Shown here: positions 28,405 through 38,825 of the stretch, one piece after another
How positions within the stretch are numbered: position 1 is the stretch's first letter
How the letters are laid out: each line of letters begins with the position of its first letter
Assembly (NCBI GenBank): GCA_023229525.1
Contig: JALNZC010000002.1
Location: 33,090 to 97,089 of the forward strand
Direction of reading: 5' to 3'
From: Bacteroidales bacterium
GTDB taxonomy: Bacteria; Bacteroidota; Bacteroidia; Bacteroidales; FEN-979
DNA length: 64,000 nt
The notes under the pieces: model-generated
The model's database searches: none
Told to the model about the DNA's origin: nothing
What the model saw: the letters and a program-made list of their open reading frames with translations, nothing else
Program-made: the position numbers and the translations under genes

Positions 28405-30171
28405 ATGGAAGTTACCCGCATCTTTGACCTTTTACCATACCACGAAATTACCTTCAAACCCAAAGAAGACGTCATTTCATCCAAAGAAAACGGTGAATGG
28501 GTCAGGTATGGCATTAAACAATACAGGGAAATCGTAGATAATATCAGTTACGGTTTCCTGGTATCCGGCGTACAACCCGGGGATAAGATTGCCCAGATCA
28601 GTACCAACAGGGCTGAATGGAACTTTGTCGACATGGCGATTTTACAAGTTGGTGCCATTCACGTGCCTATCTATCCTACTATCAGTGAATCCGATTATAA
28701 ATATATCCTTGGCCATGCCGAGGTCACGTATATATTTGTTTCAGGGATGGAATTGCTACGCAAAATCCAGCATATTCTCCCGGAAATTTCACATATTAAA
28801 GGGGTATACACTTACAAGGAACACGACGGGTTAAAGCACCTCAATGAACTCATCGATTTAGGTAAGAAAAACCCAAACCCTGTGCTTCTGGAACAACGAA
28901 AATCAGCCATTACAGAGAAGGATGTTGCCACCATCATTTATACATCCGGAACGACCGGAAATCCCAAAGGTGTAATGCTGACTCATCATAATATTATTTC
29001 GAATTTTAAGGCATGTGCACACATTCCGCCTTTTGGTGAAGAGGCTAAGGCTGTAAGTTATTTGCCTTTATGCCATGTGTATGAGCGGATGCTGAATTAC
29101 CTTTATCATTACCTTGGATTTTCTATTTACTACGCTGAGAACCTTGGAACCATCACCGAAAACATAAAGGATGTAAAACCGGATATCTTATCAACTGTGC
29201 CGCGGTTACTCGAAAAGATCTACGATAAATTGTTTGCCACCGGGCACAAACTTACCGGTGTAAAACGATGGATATTTTTCTGGGCGTTGCATCTTGCACT
29301 GAGGTATGAACTGAAAGGCGCTAATGGCTGGTTTTATGAATTGAAACGAAAACTCTATGACCAGCTGGTCTATTCAAAATGGCGTGATGCACTGGGAGGG
29401 AAGCACCTGTTGGTAGTATCTGGTGGAGCTGCATTACAGCCACGTTTGGCGAGAATGTTTACTTGTGCCGGCATCAACGTGTTGGAAGGTTACGGATTAA
29501 CAGAGACTTCCCCTGTGATTGCAGTAAACGAACTTAGCGAAAACGGAATGATGTTCGGAACAGTGGGTAAGGTTTTAAAGGGAGTTCAAGTGAAAATTGC
29601 CGGCGATGGAGAAATTTTATGTAAAGGGCCGAATGTGATGTCAGGATACTTCAAAGCACCTGAAATGACCCTTGATGCCATCGAAGCTGACGGTTGGTTC
29701 CATACCGGTGACCTGGGTCGTATTGAATCCGAAGGTCATCTGAAAATCACCGGGAGAAAAAAAGAGCTCTTCAAAACTTCCTTTGGCAAGTACGTTAGCC
29801 CACAACCCATCGAGGATACTTTTAAGGAATCCCTGTTTATTGATCAGATCATCGTTGTTGGTGAAAATCAGAAATTTGCCGGAGCTCTCATCGTCCCCGA
29901 TTTCACCTTTTTACAATCATGGTGTAATGTGAAAGAGATTTCCTATACCACAAATACTGAAATGGTCCAACTGCCCAGGATCCGTAAACGTTTTCAAACT
30001 GAAATCAATCGTTTTAATAAATTATTCGGTGATACGGAAAAAATAAAAAGCTGGGATCTTCTGGAGGAAGAATGGTCCTTTGAATCGGGAGAAATTACCC
30101 CTACACTGAAATTAAAGCGGAATTTTATCCTCGGGAAATACAAAAACCGTATTGAGAAATTATTTGCCTAA
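28405..30171 (+). CDS. Long-chain-fatty-acid--CoA ligase (AMP-dependent synthetase), paralog 1.
   Basis: IIYTSGTTGNPKGVMLTHHN, EGYGLTETSP, GWFHTGDLG...LKITGRKKELFK and ITPTLKLKR. Confidence 0.85.
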   Translation: MEVTRIFDLLPYHEITFKPKEDVISSKENGEWVRYGIKQYREIVDNISYGFLVSGVQPGDKIAQISTNRAEWNFVDMAILQVGAIHVPIYPTISESDYKYILGHAEVTYIFVSGMELLRKIQHILPEISHIKGVYTYKEHDGLKHLNELIDLGKKNPNPVLLEQRKSAITEKDVATIIYTSGTTGNPKGVMLTHHNIISNFKACAHIPPFGEEAKAVSYLPLCHVYERMLNYLYHYLGFSIYYAENLGTITENIKDVKPDILSTVPRLLEKIYDKLFATGHKLTGVKRWIFFWALHLALRYELKGANGWFYELKRKLYDQLVYSKWRDALGGKHLLVVSGGAALQPRLARMFTCAGINVLEGYGLTETSPVIAVNELSENGMMFGTVGKVLKGVQVKIAGDGEILCKGPNVMSGYFKAPEMTLDAIEADGWFHTGDLGRIESEGHLKITGRKKELFKTSFGKYVSPQPIEDTFKESLFIDQIIVVGENQKFAGALIVPDFTFLQSWCNVKEISYTTNTEMVQLPRIRKRFQTEINRFNKLFGDTEKIKSWDLLEEEWSFESGEITPTLKLKRNFILGKYKNRIEKLFA

Positions 30172-30182
30172 AAATCAGGCCT

Positions 30183-31979
30183 ATGCTGAAAATAACCCGA
30201 CTTTTTGATCTATTGGAGCTTTACCGAAACGAATTCAAATCCCTGACCAACGTATTTAATGTCAAAAAAGAAGGGAAATGGATTTCTTATTCCGCTTCGG
30301 ATTATTGTGAATACAGTAGATTAATCAGCCTGGGTTTGTTATCGATGGGTGTGAAGGAAGGGACTAAAATAGCCACGGTGATGTTAAATTGTCCCGAATG
30401 GAATTTTTTCGATATGGGCATCATGCAGGCAGGTGCAGTTCAGGTTCCTATCTATCCGACCGTAAGTGAAGATACTTACCGCTATATCTTTGTTGATGCA
30501 CAGGTTGAATATCTCATCGTGTCCAATAAAACCATTTATGAACGGTTATCTAAAATAGTCAAAGATATTACTTCGCTTAAAGCAGTTTATTCGATTGAAC
30601 CGGTACCTGGATTACGCAGTTGGACTGAAATACTTGAACAGGGAAAAAACTTTAGCAGACCGGATGACCTTGAAACGATCAAAAAATCGATTCCGCCCTG
30701 TCAGATGGTTTCCATCATTTATACATCCGGAACGACCGGCAGGCCCAAAGGAGTTATGTTGTCGCATCACAACTTCGTTACCAATTACCAGGCAATGAAG
30801 GAGATCCCGCCTTTGGAATACGGAAACCGGATTCTCAGTTTCCTCCCACTTTGCCATGTTTATGAACGAACGGCCAGTTATGTTTTTCAGTCTTTCGGGG
30901 TCTCGATTTTTTATGTCCAGGACCTGGATGAACTTGCAGATTATATCGGAGAAGTAAAGCCCCATGCATTTGCAGCGGTACCAAGGGTATTGGAGAAAAT
31001 TTACAACCGGATTGTCGCTCGTGGCCGGGCTCAGAGATTACCGATCAAGGTCCTGTTTTTCTGGGCTCTGCGACAAGGCCACAAATATGAGATAAATCAT
31101 GCCAGGGGATGGTTTTATGAAATCAAATTATGGGTCGCCAACCTGCTGATATTTACCAAATGGAGAAAAGCCCTGGGAGGAAATATAAAATTCATCGTTT
31201 CGGGAAGCGCTGCGCTTCATCCGCGACTTACCCGTATTTTCTGGGCTGCCCGGATTCCGGTACTGGAAGCCTATGGTTTAACGGAGACTTCACCCGGTAT
31301 TGCCCTTTTCCGTTTTGACCCCGGAGGAATTAAATTCGGAACTGTTGGTCCCCTTCTTAAGAATGTCCAAGTGAAAATCGCTGATGATGGCGAAATCCTG
31401 GTTAAAAGCCCGGGAGTAATGATGGGCTATTTTAACCGTCCAGAAAAAACCGCGGAGGTCATGGACAAAGAAGGATGGTTCCATACCGGTGATATTGGCG
31501 TGATGGAGGATGGTAAGTACCTCAGGATTACCGATCGGAAAAAAGAAATTTTCAAAACATCTACTGGCAGATACATTGCCCCTCAAGTCATTGAACAGAA
31601 ATTCAAGGAATCTCCTTTTATCGAGAACATTATGGTTATCGGTGAAAACAGACCTTATGCAGCAGCGCTGATCATTCCCAATTTCGAGTACCTGATGAAT
31701 TGGTGTGAAGTAAAACATGTCGGGTTCGGTTCAAGGGAGAAAGTAATCCGGAATCCACGGATCATCAAGAGGATCAAACAGGAAGTTGACAGGTTCAACC
31801 AGGACCTTGGGCAAACCGAAAAAATCAAGAAATTCCGGTTAATGGCTTGCGAATGGAGTGTGTCATCGGGTGAATTATCCCCGACCTTGAAACTCCGCCG
31901 TAAATATATCCTGGAACAATATAAAAAAATCATTGATGAAACATATCGTTCCCCGGAATACAATTACCGTTCGGAATAA
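30183..31979 (+). CDS. Long-chain-fatty-acid--CoA ligase (AMP-dependent synthetase), paralog 2, in tandem with paralog 1.
   Basis: IIYTSGTTGRPKGVMLSHHN, EAYGLTETSP, GWFHTGDIG...LRITDRKKEIFK and LSPTLKLRR. Collinear with the upstream paralog. Confidence 0.85.
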   Translation: MLKITRLFDLLELYRNEFKSLTNVFNVKKEGKWISYSASDYCEYSRLISLGLLSMGVKEGTKIATVMLNCPEWNFFDMGIMQAGAVQVPIYPTVSEDTYRYIFVDAQVEYLIVSNKTIYERLSKIVKDITSLKAVYSIEPVPGLRSWTEILEQGKNFSRPDDLETIKKSIPPCQMVSIIYTSGTTGRPKGVMLSHHNFVTNYQAMKEIPPLEYGNRILSFLPLCHVYERTASYVFQSFGVSIFYVQDLDELADYIGEVKPHAFAAVPRVLEKIYNRIVARGRAQRLPIKVLFFWALRQGHKYEINHARGWFYEIKLWVANLLIFTKWRKALGGNIKFIVSGSAALHPRLTRIFWAARIPVLEAYGLTETSPGIALFRFDPGGIKFGTVGPLLKNVQVKIADDGEILVKSPGVMMGYFNRPEKTAEVMDKEGWFHTGDIGVMEDGKYLRITDRKKEIFKTSTGRYIAPQVIEQKFKESPFIENIMVIGENRPYAAALIIPNFEYLMNWCEVKHVGFGSREKVIRNPRIIKRIKQEVDRFNQDLGQTEKIKKFRLMACEWSVSSGELSPTLKLRRKYILEQYKKIIDETYRSPEYNYRSE

Positions 31980-31981
31980 TG

Positions 31982-33004
31982 TTAATGCAGGATTTTGAAA
32001 ATAATTTCCTTCATCAATTCACCATCCCCGGCGTAAGTTGCATTGTTTTCAACTCCTTTTGATTTCAAATCATATTCCCGTAGGATCGAAATGATCTGAA
32101 TAATCCTGGCCACGGGGAAACTTCGGGCTGCCTGCAGATAGTCGTTTACGAAAAAGGGATTTACGGAAAGTGCGGATGCCACTGAATTCCGCGATTTGTC
32201 AGTAAGATAATGGTAGGTCAACACTTTCGAAAAGTAAGCAAAGAGGATGGGAATCACTTTCACCAGCGGGTTTTCGCGGGGATTTGCAGCAAAATGGAGG
32301 ATGATCCGGTTTGATTTTACAATATCCTTTTGAGCGAGGGCCTTTTGAAGCTCAAACACATTGTAATCCTTACTTATCCCGATATTTTTTTCAACGTCTT
32401 CTTCGGTAATCGCGGAGCCGGGAGCTAAATTGATCAGCAGTTTTTGAATCTCATTGACGATCTTTCCAAGGTCGGATCCGAGAAATTCTGCTAACAAGGC
32501 TGCGGCTTTTGGATTGATGGTATAGTTCTGCTGATGTAAATAATTATTGATCCAATCCGGAATTTTATTGTCGTACAATCTGGCTGATTCAAAAACAACC
32601 CCCTGTTTTTCTATGGATTTGTAAAACGTCTTTCGTTTATCAACTTTCCCATATTTGTAACAAAGTACCAGGATCGTGGAAGATAGCGGTTTATCAACAT
32701 AGGATTGAAGCTCTTCGATTTTGTCGAGCTCTTGTGCTTCTTTTACAATGAGTACATGGTAATTGGCCATCATGGGAAAACGCCTGGCATAACTCGCCAG
32801 GGTCGGCACGTTCGAATCTTTTCCATAGACAATGGTCAGGTTGAACTCTTTTTCAAGGTCATTCAGGATATTTTGTTCAATAAAATCAGAAATTACATCG
32901 ATGAAATAAGGCTCTTCGCCATGAAGGAGATAAACCGGATGATAGATCTTGTTTTTCAGATCATTCATCAACTGATCAAAACTGAATTCATTTTTTCCGG
33001 CCAT
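31982..33004 (-). CDS. holA: DNA polymerase III subunit delta.
   Basis: 340 aa. The N-terminal YLLHGEEPYFID and overall layout are typical of Bacteroidota HolA. Family-level recognition only. Confidence 0.7.
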   Translation of the reverse strand: MAGKNEFSFDQLMNDLKNKIYHPVYLLHGEEPYFIDVISDFIEQNILNDLEKEFNLTIVYGKDSNVPTLASYARRFPMMANYHVLIVKEAQELDKIEELQSYVDKPLSSTILVLCYKYGKVDKRKTFYKSIEKQGVVFESARLYDNKIPDWINNYLHQQNYTINPKAAALLAEFLGSDLGKIVNEIQKLLINLAPGSAITEEDVEKNIGISKDYNVFELQKALAQKDIVKSNRIILHFAANPRENPLVKVIPILFAYFSKVLTYHYLTDKSRNSVASALSVNPFFVNDYLQAARSFPVARIIQIISILREYDLKSKGVENNATYAGDGELMKEIIFKILH

Positions 33005-33034
33005 ATGCTCGTGTCTGAATTGACAAACCTGGGA

Positions 33035-33808
33035 TTAATCGAACCTTAAATGTCTGACCAAAAGTTTTTTCTCGATCAGGTCGTTCATCGTATCCACTCC
33101 AATTTTCAGATGTTCCTCGGCAAATTTCTCTGTCACTCTTTTATCGCTGATCTGGGTTTTGATTCCACTGCCGACCATGGGCTGATCGGAAACCAGAAGC
33201 AACGCCCCTGTGGGAATCTGGTTGGCAAATCCAACAATAAAAAGGGTAGCTGTTTCCATGTCGATAGCGATTGACCGGGTAACGCGAAGGGCATCCTTGA
33301 ATTCTTCATCATATTCCCATACCCTGCGGTTTGTCGTGTATACCGTACCGGTCCAGTAGTTTTTCCTGTGGTTGAGAATGATGGTCGACATGATTTTCTG
33401 GAGGTTGAACGCCGGCAATGCCGGAACACGTTCAGGAAAATAATCATCCGATGTGCCATCTCCCCGGATGGAGGCAATGGGTAAAATCATGTCGCCCACT
33501 TTGCACTTTTTCTTGAGCCCGCCGCATTTGCCCAGAAACAGCGCCGCTTTGGGCGTTATTGCACTAAGTAAATCCATGATGGTAGCGGCGTTCGGACTTC
33601 CCATGCCAAAGTTGATCAGGGTAATTCTACCGTGTGTTACACTGGGCATGGCTTTATCTTTCCCGTTAATCGGAACATTGTACCATTTAGAAAACATTTC
33701 AAGATACCGGGTAAAATTCGTTAACAGGATGAAATCACCGAAAGCATCAAGATTTGTTCCGGTGTAGCGGGGTAACCAGTCATCAACGATCTCTTTTTTC
33801 GTCTTCAT
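33035..33808 (-). CDS. amn: AMP nucleosidase, short Bacteroidota form, nucleoside phosphorylase family 1.
   Basis: INFGMGSPNAATIMDLL, GKCGGL and IAIDMETATLF are PNP_UDP_1-type motifs. Length is 257 aa. Confidence 0.75.
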   Translation of the reverse strand: MKTKKEIVDDWLPRYTGTNLDAFGDFILLTNFTRYLEMFSKWYNVPINGKDKAMPSVTHGRITLINFGMGSPNAATIMDLLSAITPKAALFLGKCGGLKKKCKVGDMILPIASIRGDGTSDDYFPERVPALPAFNLQKIMSTIILNHRKNYWTGTVYTTNRRVWEYDEEFKDALRVTRSIAIDMETATLFIVGFANQIPTGALLLVSDQPMVGSGIKTQISDKRVTEKFAEEHLKIGVDTMNDLIEKKLLVRHLRFD

Positions 33809-33902
33809 AGTTCTCTTTTTTTTAGTTTGTCCGAAAATTAACGCTATCGCAAACTTACATAATTATACGTAATTATACAATCCGATTTCCCGGTTTTTTC
33901 CG

Positions 33903-33910
33903 TAAGTTTG
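33903..33910 (+). promoter_or_regulatory. Bacteroidota -7 box (TAnnTTTG).
   Basis: TAAGTTTG lies 11 nt upstream of the ATG at 33921. Confidence 0.4.
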
Positions 33911-33920
33911 TATCTGAACC

Positions 33921-34385
33921 ATGATACATCAACTTAACTTACCGGAATTTAAACCACGCATACGTGACGATAGCGGAAAAAAGGAAATCTTTGACCGGTT
34001 CCGGAAAAAATTTATCCGTCTCACACCCGAAGAATGGGTTCGGCAGCATTTCCTTGATTTTATGGTTACCCGTCTGAAATTCCCGGCTTCACTGATCGTG
34101 GTGGAAGCATCATTGATCTTTAACGGGATGACCAAACGGTTTGATATCCTGGCATACAACACAAGTGGCAATCCCTGCCTGGTGGTTGAATGCAAAGCGC
34201 CTTCCAGAGAAATTACACAGGATGTTTTCGACCAGGTGGCTATATATAATATGACCCTTGCGGTGAATTATCTTGTTGTTACCAATGGGTTGACTCACTA
34301 TTGCTGTCGGATTGACCATCAGGCCCGAGCGTACACTTTTCTGAAAGAGATTCCCACGTTTGAAATCGTGAATCGTACATCGTAA
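33921..34385 (+). CDS. Stand-alone type I restriction enzyme HsdR N-terminal-like domain protein with a PD-(D/E)xK fold.
   Basis: FDILAY...PCLVVECKAP gives D...E-x-K spacing. Length is 154 aa. No M or S partner gene is adjacent. Confidence 0.6.
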   Translation: MIHQLNLPEFKPRIRDDSGKKEIFDRFRKKFIRLTPEEWVRQHFLDFMVTRLKFPASLIVVEASLIFNGMTKRFDILAYNTSGNPCLVVECKAPSREITQDVFDQVAIYNMTLAVNYLVVTNGLTHYCCRIDHQARAYTFLKEIPTFEIVNRTS

Positions 34386-34391
34386 ATCAAA
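34364..34391. repeat. Short tandem heptamer array (AATCGTA family) spanning the stop codon of the HsdR_N-like gene.
   Basis: aatcgtg aatcgta catcgta aatcaaa. Confidence 0.6.
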
Positions 34392-34399
34392 TATAATCC

Positions 34400-35671
34400 A
34401 TGGAAATCATTGGCAACATCCCTCAAAACCTGATCAGTTTTCTGCTGGTTACCGTATTTTCCTTGCTGATCGGGTTATCGCAGCGGCAGATTCACAGCCT
34501 GGCGCATGAAACCGGCCGTACTTTCGGTACCGACCGGACCTTTACATTCATCGGTATACTGGGATTTATTCTTTACCTGCTCGACGGACAAAATGCCATA
34601 CTTTTCATGGGTGGTGGATTTGTGCTGGTAGTTATCATGGGTATCTCTTATTTTTACCATATCCGCGAATTTAAAGATTATGGTGCCACTACCATTGTTG
34701 TAGCCCTCATCACATACTGTCTGGGTCCCCTGATCCTGACCCAACCCATGTGGATGGTTTTGCTAATTGTAGTTACCGTACTGATTTTCACTGAGCTGAA
34801 GGAAACTTTTGCTTCCATTTCAAAAAAGTTTGATCGATACGAATTCATCACCCTGGCCAAATTCCTGATCATTGCAGGAGTGATACTGCCGGTATTGCCC
34901 GACGAGCCCATCATCAGAGGATTAAGTTTGACTCCCTATAAAATATGGCTGGCAGTTGTGGTGATCTCCTCCATATCTTATTTCAGTTATTTGCTGAAAA
35001 AGTTTGTTTTTACCCATGCGAGTATCATTCTATCCGGTATCCTTGGCGGTTTATACTCCAGTACTGCAACAACCATAATTTTGGCCAGGAAAAGCAAACA
35101 AGAACCACAGCATATCAATCAATATATTGCCGGGATTATTTTTGCTACCGCGATGATGTATCTGCGGATACTGATCCTTATCCTGATTTTCAGTCAATCG
35201 TTATTCTCGCGCGTATGGCCGTTCTTTCTTATTCTTTTCATTTTATCGGTGTTTACCGGAGTGGTTATTCTTTTTTACAGGAACCGGGTGATCACGACCC
35301 ACGATCAGGAGCTGCAAGCCGATACAAACCCACTGGAGTTCAAGGTAGCCCTTATCTTCACTGCGCTTTACATTGCCTTTACGTTTATCACTTATGAAGT
35401 ATTGTCCCGCTTTGGAACCCCGGGACTGAATGTATTATCGTACATTGTCGGATTGACGGATATCGATCCTTTCCTGATCAATTTATTTCAGGGGAAATAT
35501 AGTGTTTCACCTGATGCTGTTGCGCTGGCTACACTTCAGGCTATCATCAGCAACAATGTCCTGAAGATGATTTACGGATGCTTTTTTACCGGTAAAAATG
35601 CCCGTTTTTACCTTATTTCGGGTTTTCTTCTTATCATTGCAGCAACCATTCTAGCGGCATTTATTGTTTAA
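34400..35671 (+). CDS. Polytopic inner-membrane protein, possibly MgtC/DUF4010-like.
   Basis: 423 aa with about 10 or more hydrophobic segments. The family assignment is from general resemblance only. Confidence 0.5.
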   Translation: MEIIGNIPQNLISFLLVTVFSLLIGLSQRQIHSLAHETGRTFGTDRTFTFIGILGFILYLLDGQNAILFMGGGFVLVVIMGISYFYHIREFKDYGATTIVVALITYCLGPLILTQPMWMVLLIVVTVLIFTELKETFASISKKFDRYEFITLAKFLIIAGVILPVLPDEPIIRGLSLTPYKIWLAVVVISSISYFSYLLKKFVFTHASIILSGILGGLYSSTATTIILARKSKQEPQHINQYIAGIIFATAMMYLRILILILIFSQSLFSRVWPFFLILFILSVFTGVVILFYRNRVITTHDQELQADTNPLEFKVALIFTALYIAFTFITYEVLSRFGTPGLNVLSYIVGLTDIDPFLINLFQGKYSVSPDAVALATLQAIISNNVLKMIYGCFFTGKNARFYLISGFLLIIAATILAAFIV

Positions 35672-35680
35672 CTCCTGACG

Positions 35681-36574
35681 ATGGCTGATCTTTTTACCCT
35701 CGTGGTTAATAAACTTGATGAGTCGTTTGATATTCAGGAAACCCGGAACTACGGACTTTCACTGGTGTTCAGCGAAACCGGTTTCTCCTATGCTGTTCTG
35801 GATTTCAGGCATAATAAATATTTAGGAATCCAGCAGGTCAAAAAGAATGATCATTCACACGGACAGGGTGTTCCTGCCGTTAAACCTTCCTTTGATGATT
35901 TCCTGATAAACGCTTTCGATGCCATGCCCTGGCTTAAAAACCAATATAAAACAATAAAAATTGCCTATGAAGGGAAAAAATCGACGCTGATACCATCGCT
36001 TCTATACGATGTAAAAGAGCGAGAGCATTACCTGCAGTTCGGATTTTCAAACAGCCTTGAGGAAAAAACATTTTCTGATCACCTGGTACCCCTGGATATC
36101 CAGCATGTTTTCACGATTCCGGTCGCTATCTTTAATTCCATTAAAGTACATTACCCATCGGTCAATATAGTTCATTTTTCCAGTGTAGTCATCAAAAGTA
36201 TCTGGATCAATTATAAAAACAGGATCAATACCGCCAGGGTATTCCTTCACATTCGCGAAAACAGGTTTGATCTGATGATATTCGATGGCCGCCAGATGAG
36301 CTATTTTAATTCTTTCCCCTTTCAAAACGGGGAAGATATCTGCTACTACCTGATCTTTGTAATAGAACAATTGAATCACAATCCCGAAATCATGCCCCTT
36401 GTTTTACTCGGCAATATTGAGAAGAGCGCTCCCGATTTTGAATTGCTTTATAAATATATACGGAACATTGAATTTGCACACCGGAACGATGCTTTTATAT
36501 ACAGCAACACGTTGAATCAATTTCCTCCCCATTTCTTTTATCCACTGTTAAATTTCCAGGCATGCGGATTGTAA
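35681..36574 (+). CDS. Hypothetical protein. A DUF3822-like protein is commonly found upstream of rsmD in Bacteroidota; this is from recollection.
   Basis: 297-aa ORF whose 3' end overlaps the rsmD start by 13 nt. No catalytic motif recognised. Confidence 0.5.
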   Translation: MADLFTLVVNKLDESFDIQETRNYGLSLVFSETGFSYAVLDFRHNKYLGIQQVKKNDHSHGQGVPAVKPSFDDFLINAFDAMPWLKNQYKTIKIAYEGKKSTLIPSLLYDVKEREHYLQFGFSNSLEEKTFSDHLVPLDIQHVFTIPVAIFNSIKVHYPSVNIVHFSSVVIKSIWINYKNRINTARVFLHIRENRFDLMIFDGRQMSYFNSFPFQNGEDICYYLIFVIEQLNHNPEIMPLVLLGNIEKSAPDFELLYKYIRNIEFAHRNDAFIYSNTLNQFPPHFFYPLLNFQACGL

Positions 36575-37098
36575 GCGGAATATACCGGGGGCGGCGATTG
36601 CAACCGCCGGCAAATCTGCCGGTACGGCCAACAACTGATTTTGCCAAGGAAGGATTGTTCAATGTACTCAGCAACATCGTTGATTTTGAGTCGCTGTCCA
36701 TACTTGATCTCTTTACCGGAACAGGAAGTATCTCTTTTGAGTTTTTATCCCGTGGCGCAAAGGAAGTTACTGCTGTAGACGCCAATCACAGGTGCATCGA
36801 TTTTCTTAAGAAAAGTGCGGCTGAATTCGGAATAACGAATCTGCAGGCGGTCAAATCCAATGCTTTCGTCTTTTTAAAGCATATGGTTGCAAAGTATGAT
36901 CTGATATTCGCCGATCCACCATACGATCTGGTCGGGATAACTGAAATACCGGATTTTGTTTTGGATTCTGGTTTGCTCGACAACGACGGACTATTTATCA
37001 TGGAACATTCTGCCCGCTATCAATTCGAAAAACATCCCAGCTTTTTCCAGACCCGCGCTTATGGCAGTGTCAATTTTTCCTTCTTTAAAAAAAGCTGA
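36562..37098 (+). CDS. rsmD: 16S rRNA (guanine966-N2)-methyltransferase.
   Basis: MRIVSGIYRGRRL..P....RPTTDFAKEGLFNVL, DLFTGTGSISFE (motif I) and FADPPY (motif IV). Length is 178 aa. Confidence 0.9.
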   Translation: MRIVSGIYRGRRLQPPANLPVRPTTDFAKEGLFNVLSNIVDFESLSILDLFTGTGSISFEFLSRGAKEVTAVDANHRCIDFLKKSAAEFGITNLQAVKSNAFVFLKHMVAKYDLIFADPPYDLVGITEIPDFVLDSGLLDNDGLFIMEHSARYQFEKHPSFFQTRAYGSVNFSFFKKS

Positions 37099-37148
37099 AA
37101 GAAAATCCTGCGAAAGAAATTTGTATTCAATCGTAAATCGTAAATAGT

Positions 37149-37370
37149 TTAATATTCGTCTTCATGGAAGAAGAAATCGTCTTTGGTGGGATAATCGGGC
37201 CAGATATCTTCGATTCGCTCATAAGATTCGCCTTCGTCTTCGATTTCTCTTAGATTTTCAATAACTTCCTGAGGCGCCCCGGATCGGATCGCCCAATCGA
37301 TCAGCTCATCCTTGGTTGCAGGCCAGGGAGCGTCTTCCAGTTTTGAGGCCAATTCGAGTGTCCAATACAT
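37149..37370 (-). CDS. DUF2795-like small acidic protein.
   Basis: 73-aa ORF with PATKDELIDWAIRSGAPQEVIENL. Family-level recollection. Confidence 0.55.
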   Translation of the reverse strand: MYWTLELASKLEDAPWPATKDELIDWAIRSGAPQEVIENLREIEDEGESYERIEDIWPDYPTKDDFFFHEDEY

Positions 37371-37463
37371 TTCTGAGTGGATTTGTTAAATTCGTGCAAA
37401 AGTATAAAAAAAAAAATCAAATAAACAAACGAAAAATTTTCGATAATTGTTGCTGGATATTGG

Positions 37464-38546
37464 CTACTGGTTGTTTACTTTTTTAAACAGACCATAAATT
37501 TCATGTCCGATATTTAACTCAGGGTTAATAGTGATTAACGAAAGGTGATGGTAAAGACTATACAAACAGGTAATCCATTTTGCTTTCTTTTGTATATACC
37601 ATTTATCAAGGATTTTTCCCTTGATAAATTCACTCTTTAAAACTTCCTTAGCTTTTTCTTTTATCAATAGATCAGCATTTTTCCTTTTCGAAACAGGGCT
37701 CATCAATTTTTGATTTTTCTTCCATCCTGATCCATGCAAAGTAGTTTTGAATTGATAGGTAAAATAATCAACCGGGATGAAACCTTTCTGAACCAGGATT
37801 TTATTCAGCCCTTTCCCATCATAGTAATTCACATGATTAATGAGTAGTTCAGATGACGAATGCGTTAATATTGCCGTCAAATAATGTTTCCAGACATCTT
37901 CATGTCCATTCGGGGTAATAAAATGGAAATATCCATTGGGGGTTAGGTACTGATTTACATTGCTCAAAACTTTTGATATATCGGTTACATGCTCGATTAT
38001 GTCACGGGCAATCACCAGATCAAATTTTCCGACAAACTCAACTACGAAATTATCCGGGATTCCACGTATTATATTGTATTTGTGATGTTCCTGATTGAAA
38101 TTAAGTACCTCCCGGTTAATATCCATCACCGTTATTTCGATACCGGGAAAAACAAACTGTAAACCAGCAGAAAAATAACCCGATCCTGGACCTAATTCCA
38201 AAATGGAATGAGGTCGAATTTTTTTAGATTTTAGTGAATAGCCAAAAATAACTCCCCGCCTAAAGTTCCTTTCACAATTTTTAAATTGTTCTTCATTACT
38301 TGTTATCAGGGATTCTTCAATGTAATAAGCGAAACAACCTTTTGACGTTTCCGCATCGTTCAGCATTGGATCCAATTGAATGTGGTCGCATGTCGGGCAT
38401 TTGATAAGTCTTGATGTTTTAATGTCCCAGTAATCCACTACAGCAATCTGCTTTCCGGTTTTTCCATTACAAATCCTGCAATTTTCCTCTCTCTCGATAA
38501 GTTCTCCGTCAATGACGGCCGGTATTTTCCTTAACAGGCTTTTCAT
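37464..38546 (-). CDS. Class I SAM-dependent methyltransferase with an N-terminal four-Cys zinc ribbon.
   Basis: CRICNG...CPTCDH zinc ribbon; ILELGPGSGYFS (motif I). I prefer the ATG at 38546 over the TTG at 38597. The local sequence is visibly AT-rich. Confidence 0.7.
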   Translation of the reverse strand: MKSLLRKIPAVIDGELIEREENCRICNGKTGKQIAVVDYWDIKTSRLIKCPTCDHIQLDPMLNDAETSKGCFAYYIEESLITSNEEQFKNCERNFRRGVIFGYSLKSKKIRPHSILELGPGSGYFSAGLQFVFPGIEITVMDINREVLNFNQEHHKYNIIRGIPDNFVVEFVGKFDLVIARDIIEHVTDISKVLSNVNQYLTPNGYFHFITPNGHEDVWKHYLTAILTHSSSELLINHVNYYDGKGLNKILVQKGFIPVDYFTYQFKTTLHGSGWKKNQKLMSPVSKRKNADLLIKEKAKEVLKSEFIKGKILDKWYIQKKAKWITCLYSLYHHLSLITINPELNIGHEIYGLFKKVNNQ

Positions 38547-38825
38547 TTTTTTTCTGAAATCAAATCCCAATGTTAAAAACAACCTGTTCAAACACAATCT
38601 ATCCCTTTATATTATACAAACACCACCAAAGTTATGAAAAACATCATAAACCAGCCTTGTATAGCTCAAATCATGAGATCCATTGCTTGCGAAAGGTGTA
38701 CATTGGAAAGCAATTATTTTTACGGTTGAAAAGCTCATGACCGGATTTCCGCACCGTTTTTATCAGGACAACTTACCTAAGAATTTGTGTGAATAGGGTT
38801 TACCGTTTAAACGCAACCGAACCCC

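Noticed and set aside
33921-34385. The small HsdR_N-like protein, considered as part of a restriction-modification or defence locus.
   Set aside because: No methylase, specificity or motor subunit is nearby. The gene sits in conserved housekeeping synteny (holA, amn, rsmD), so it is probably a stand-alone PD-(D/E)xK protein rather than an RM remnant.
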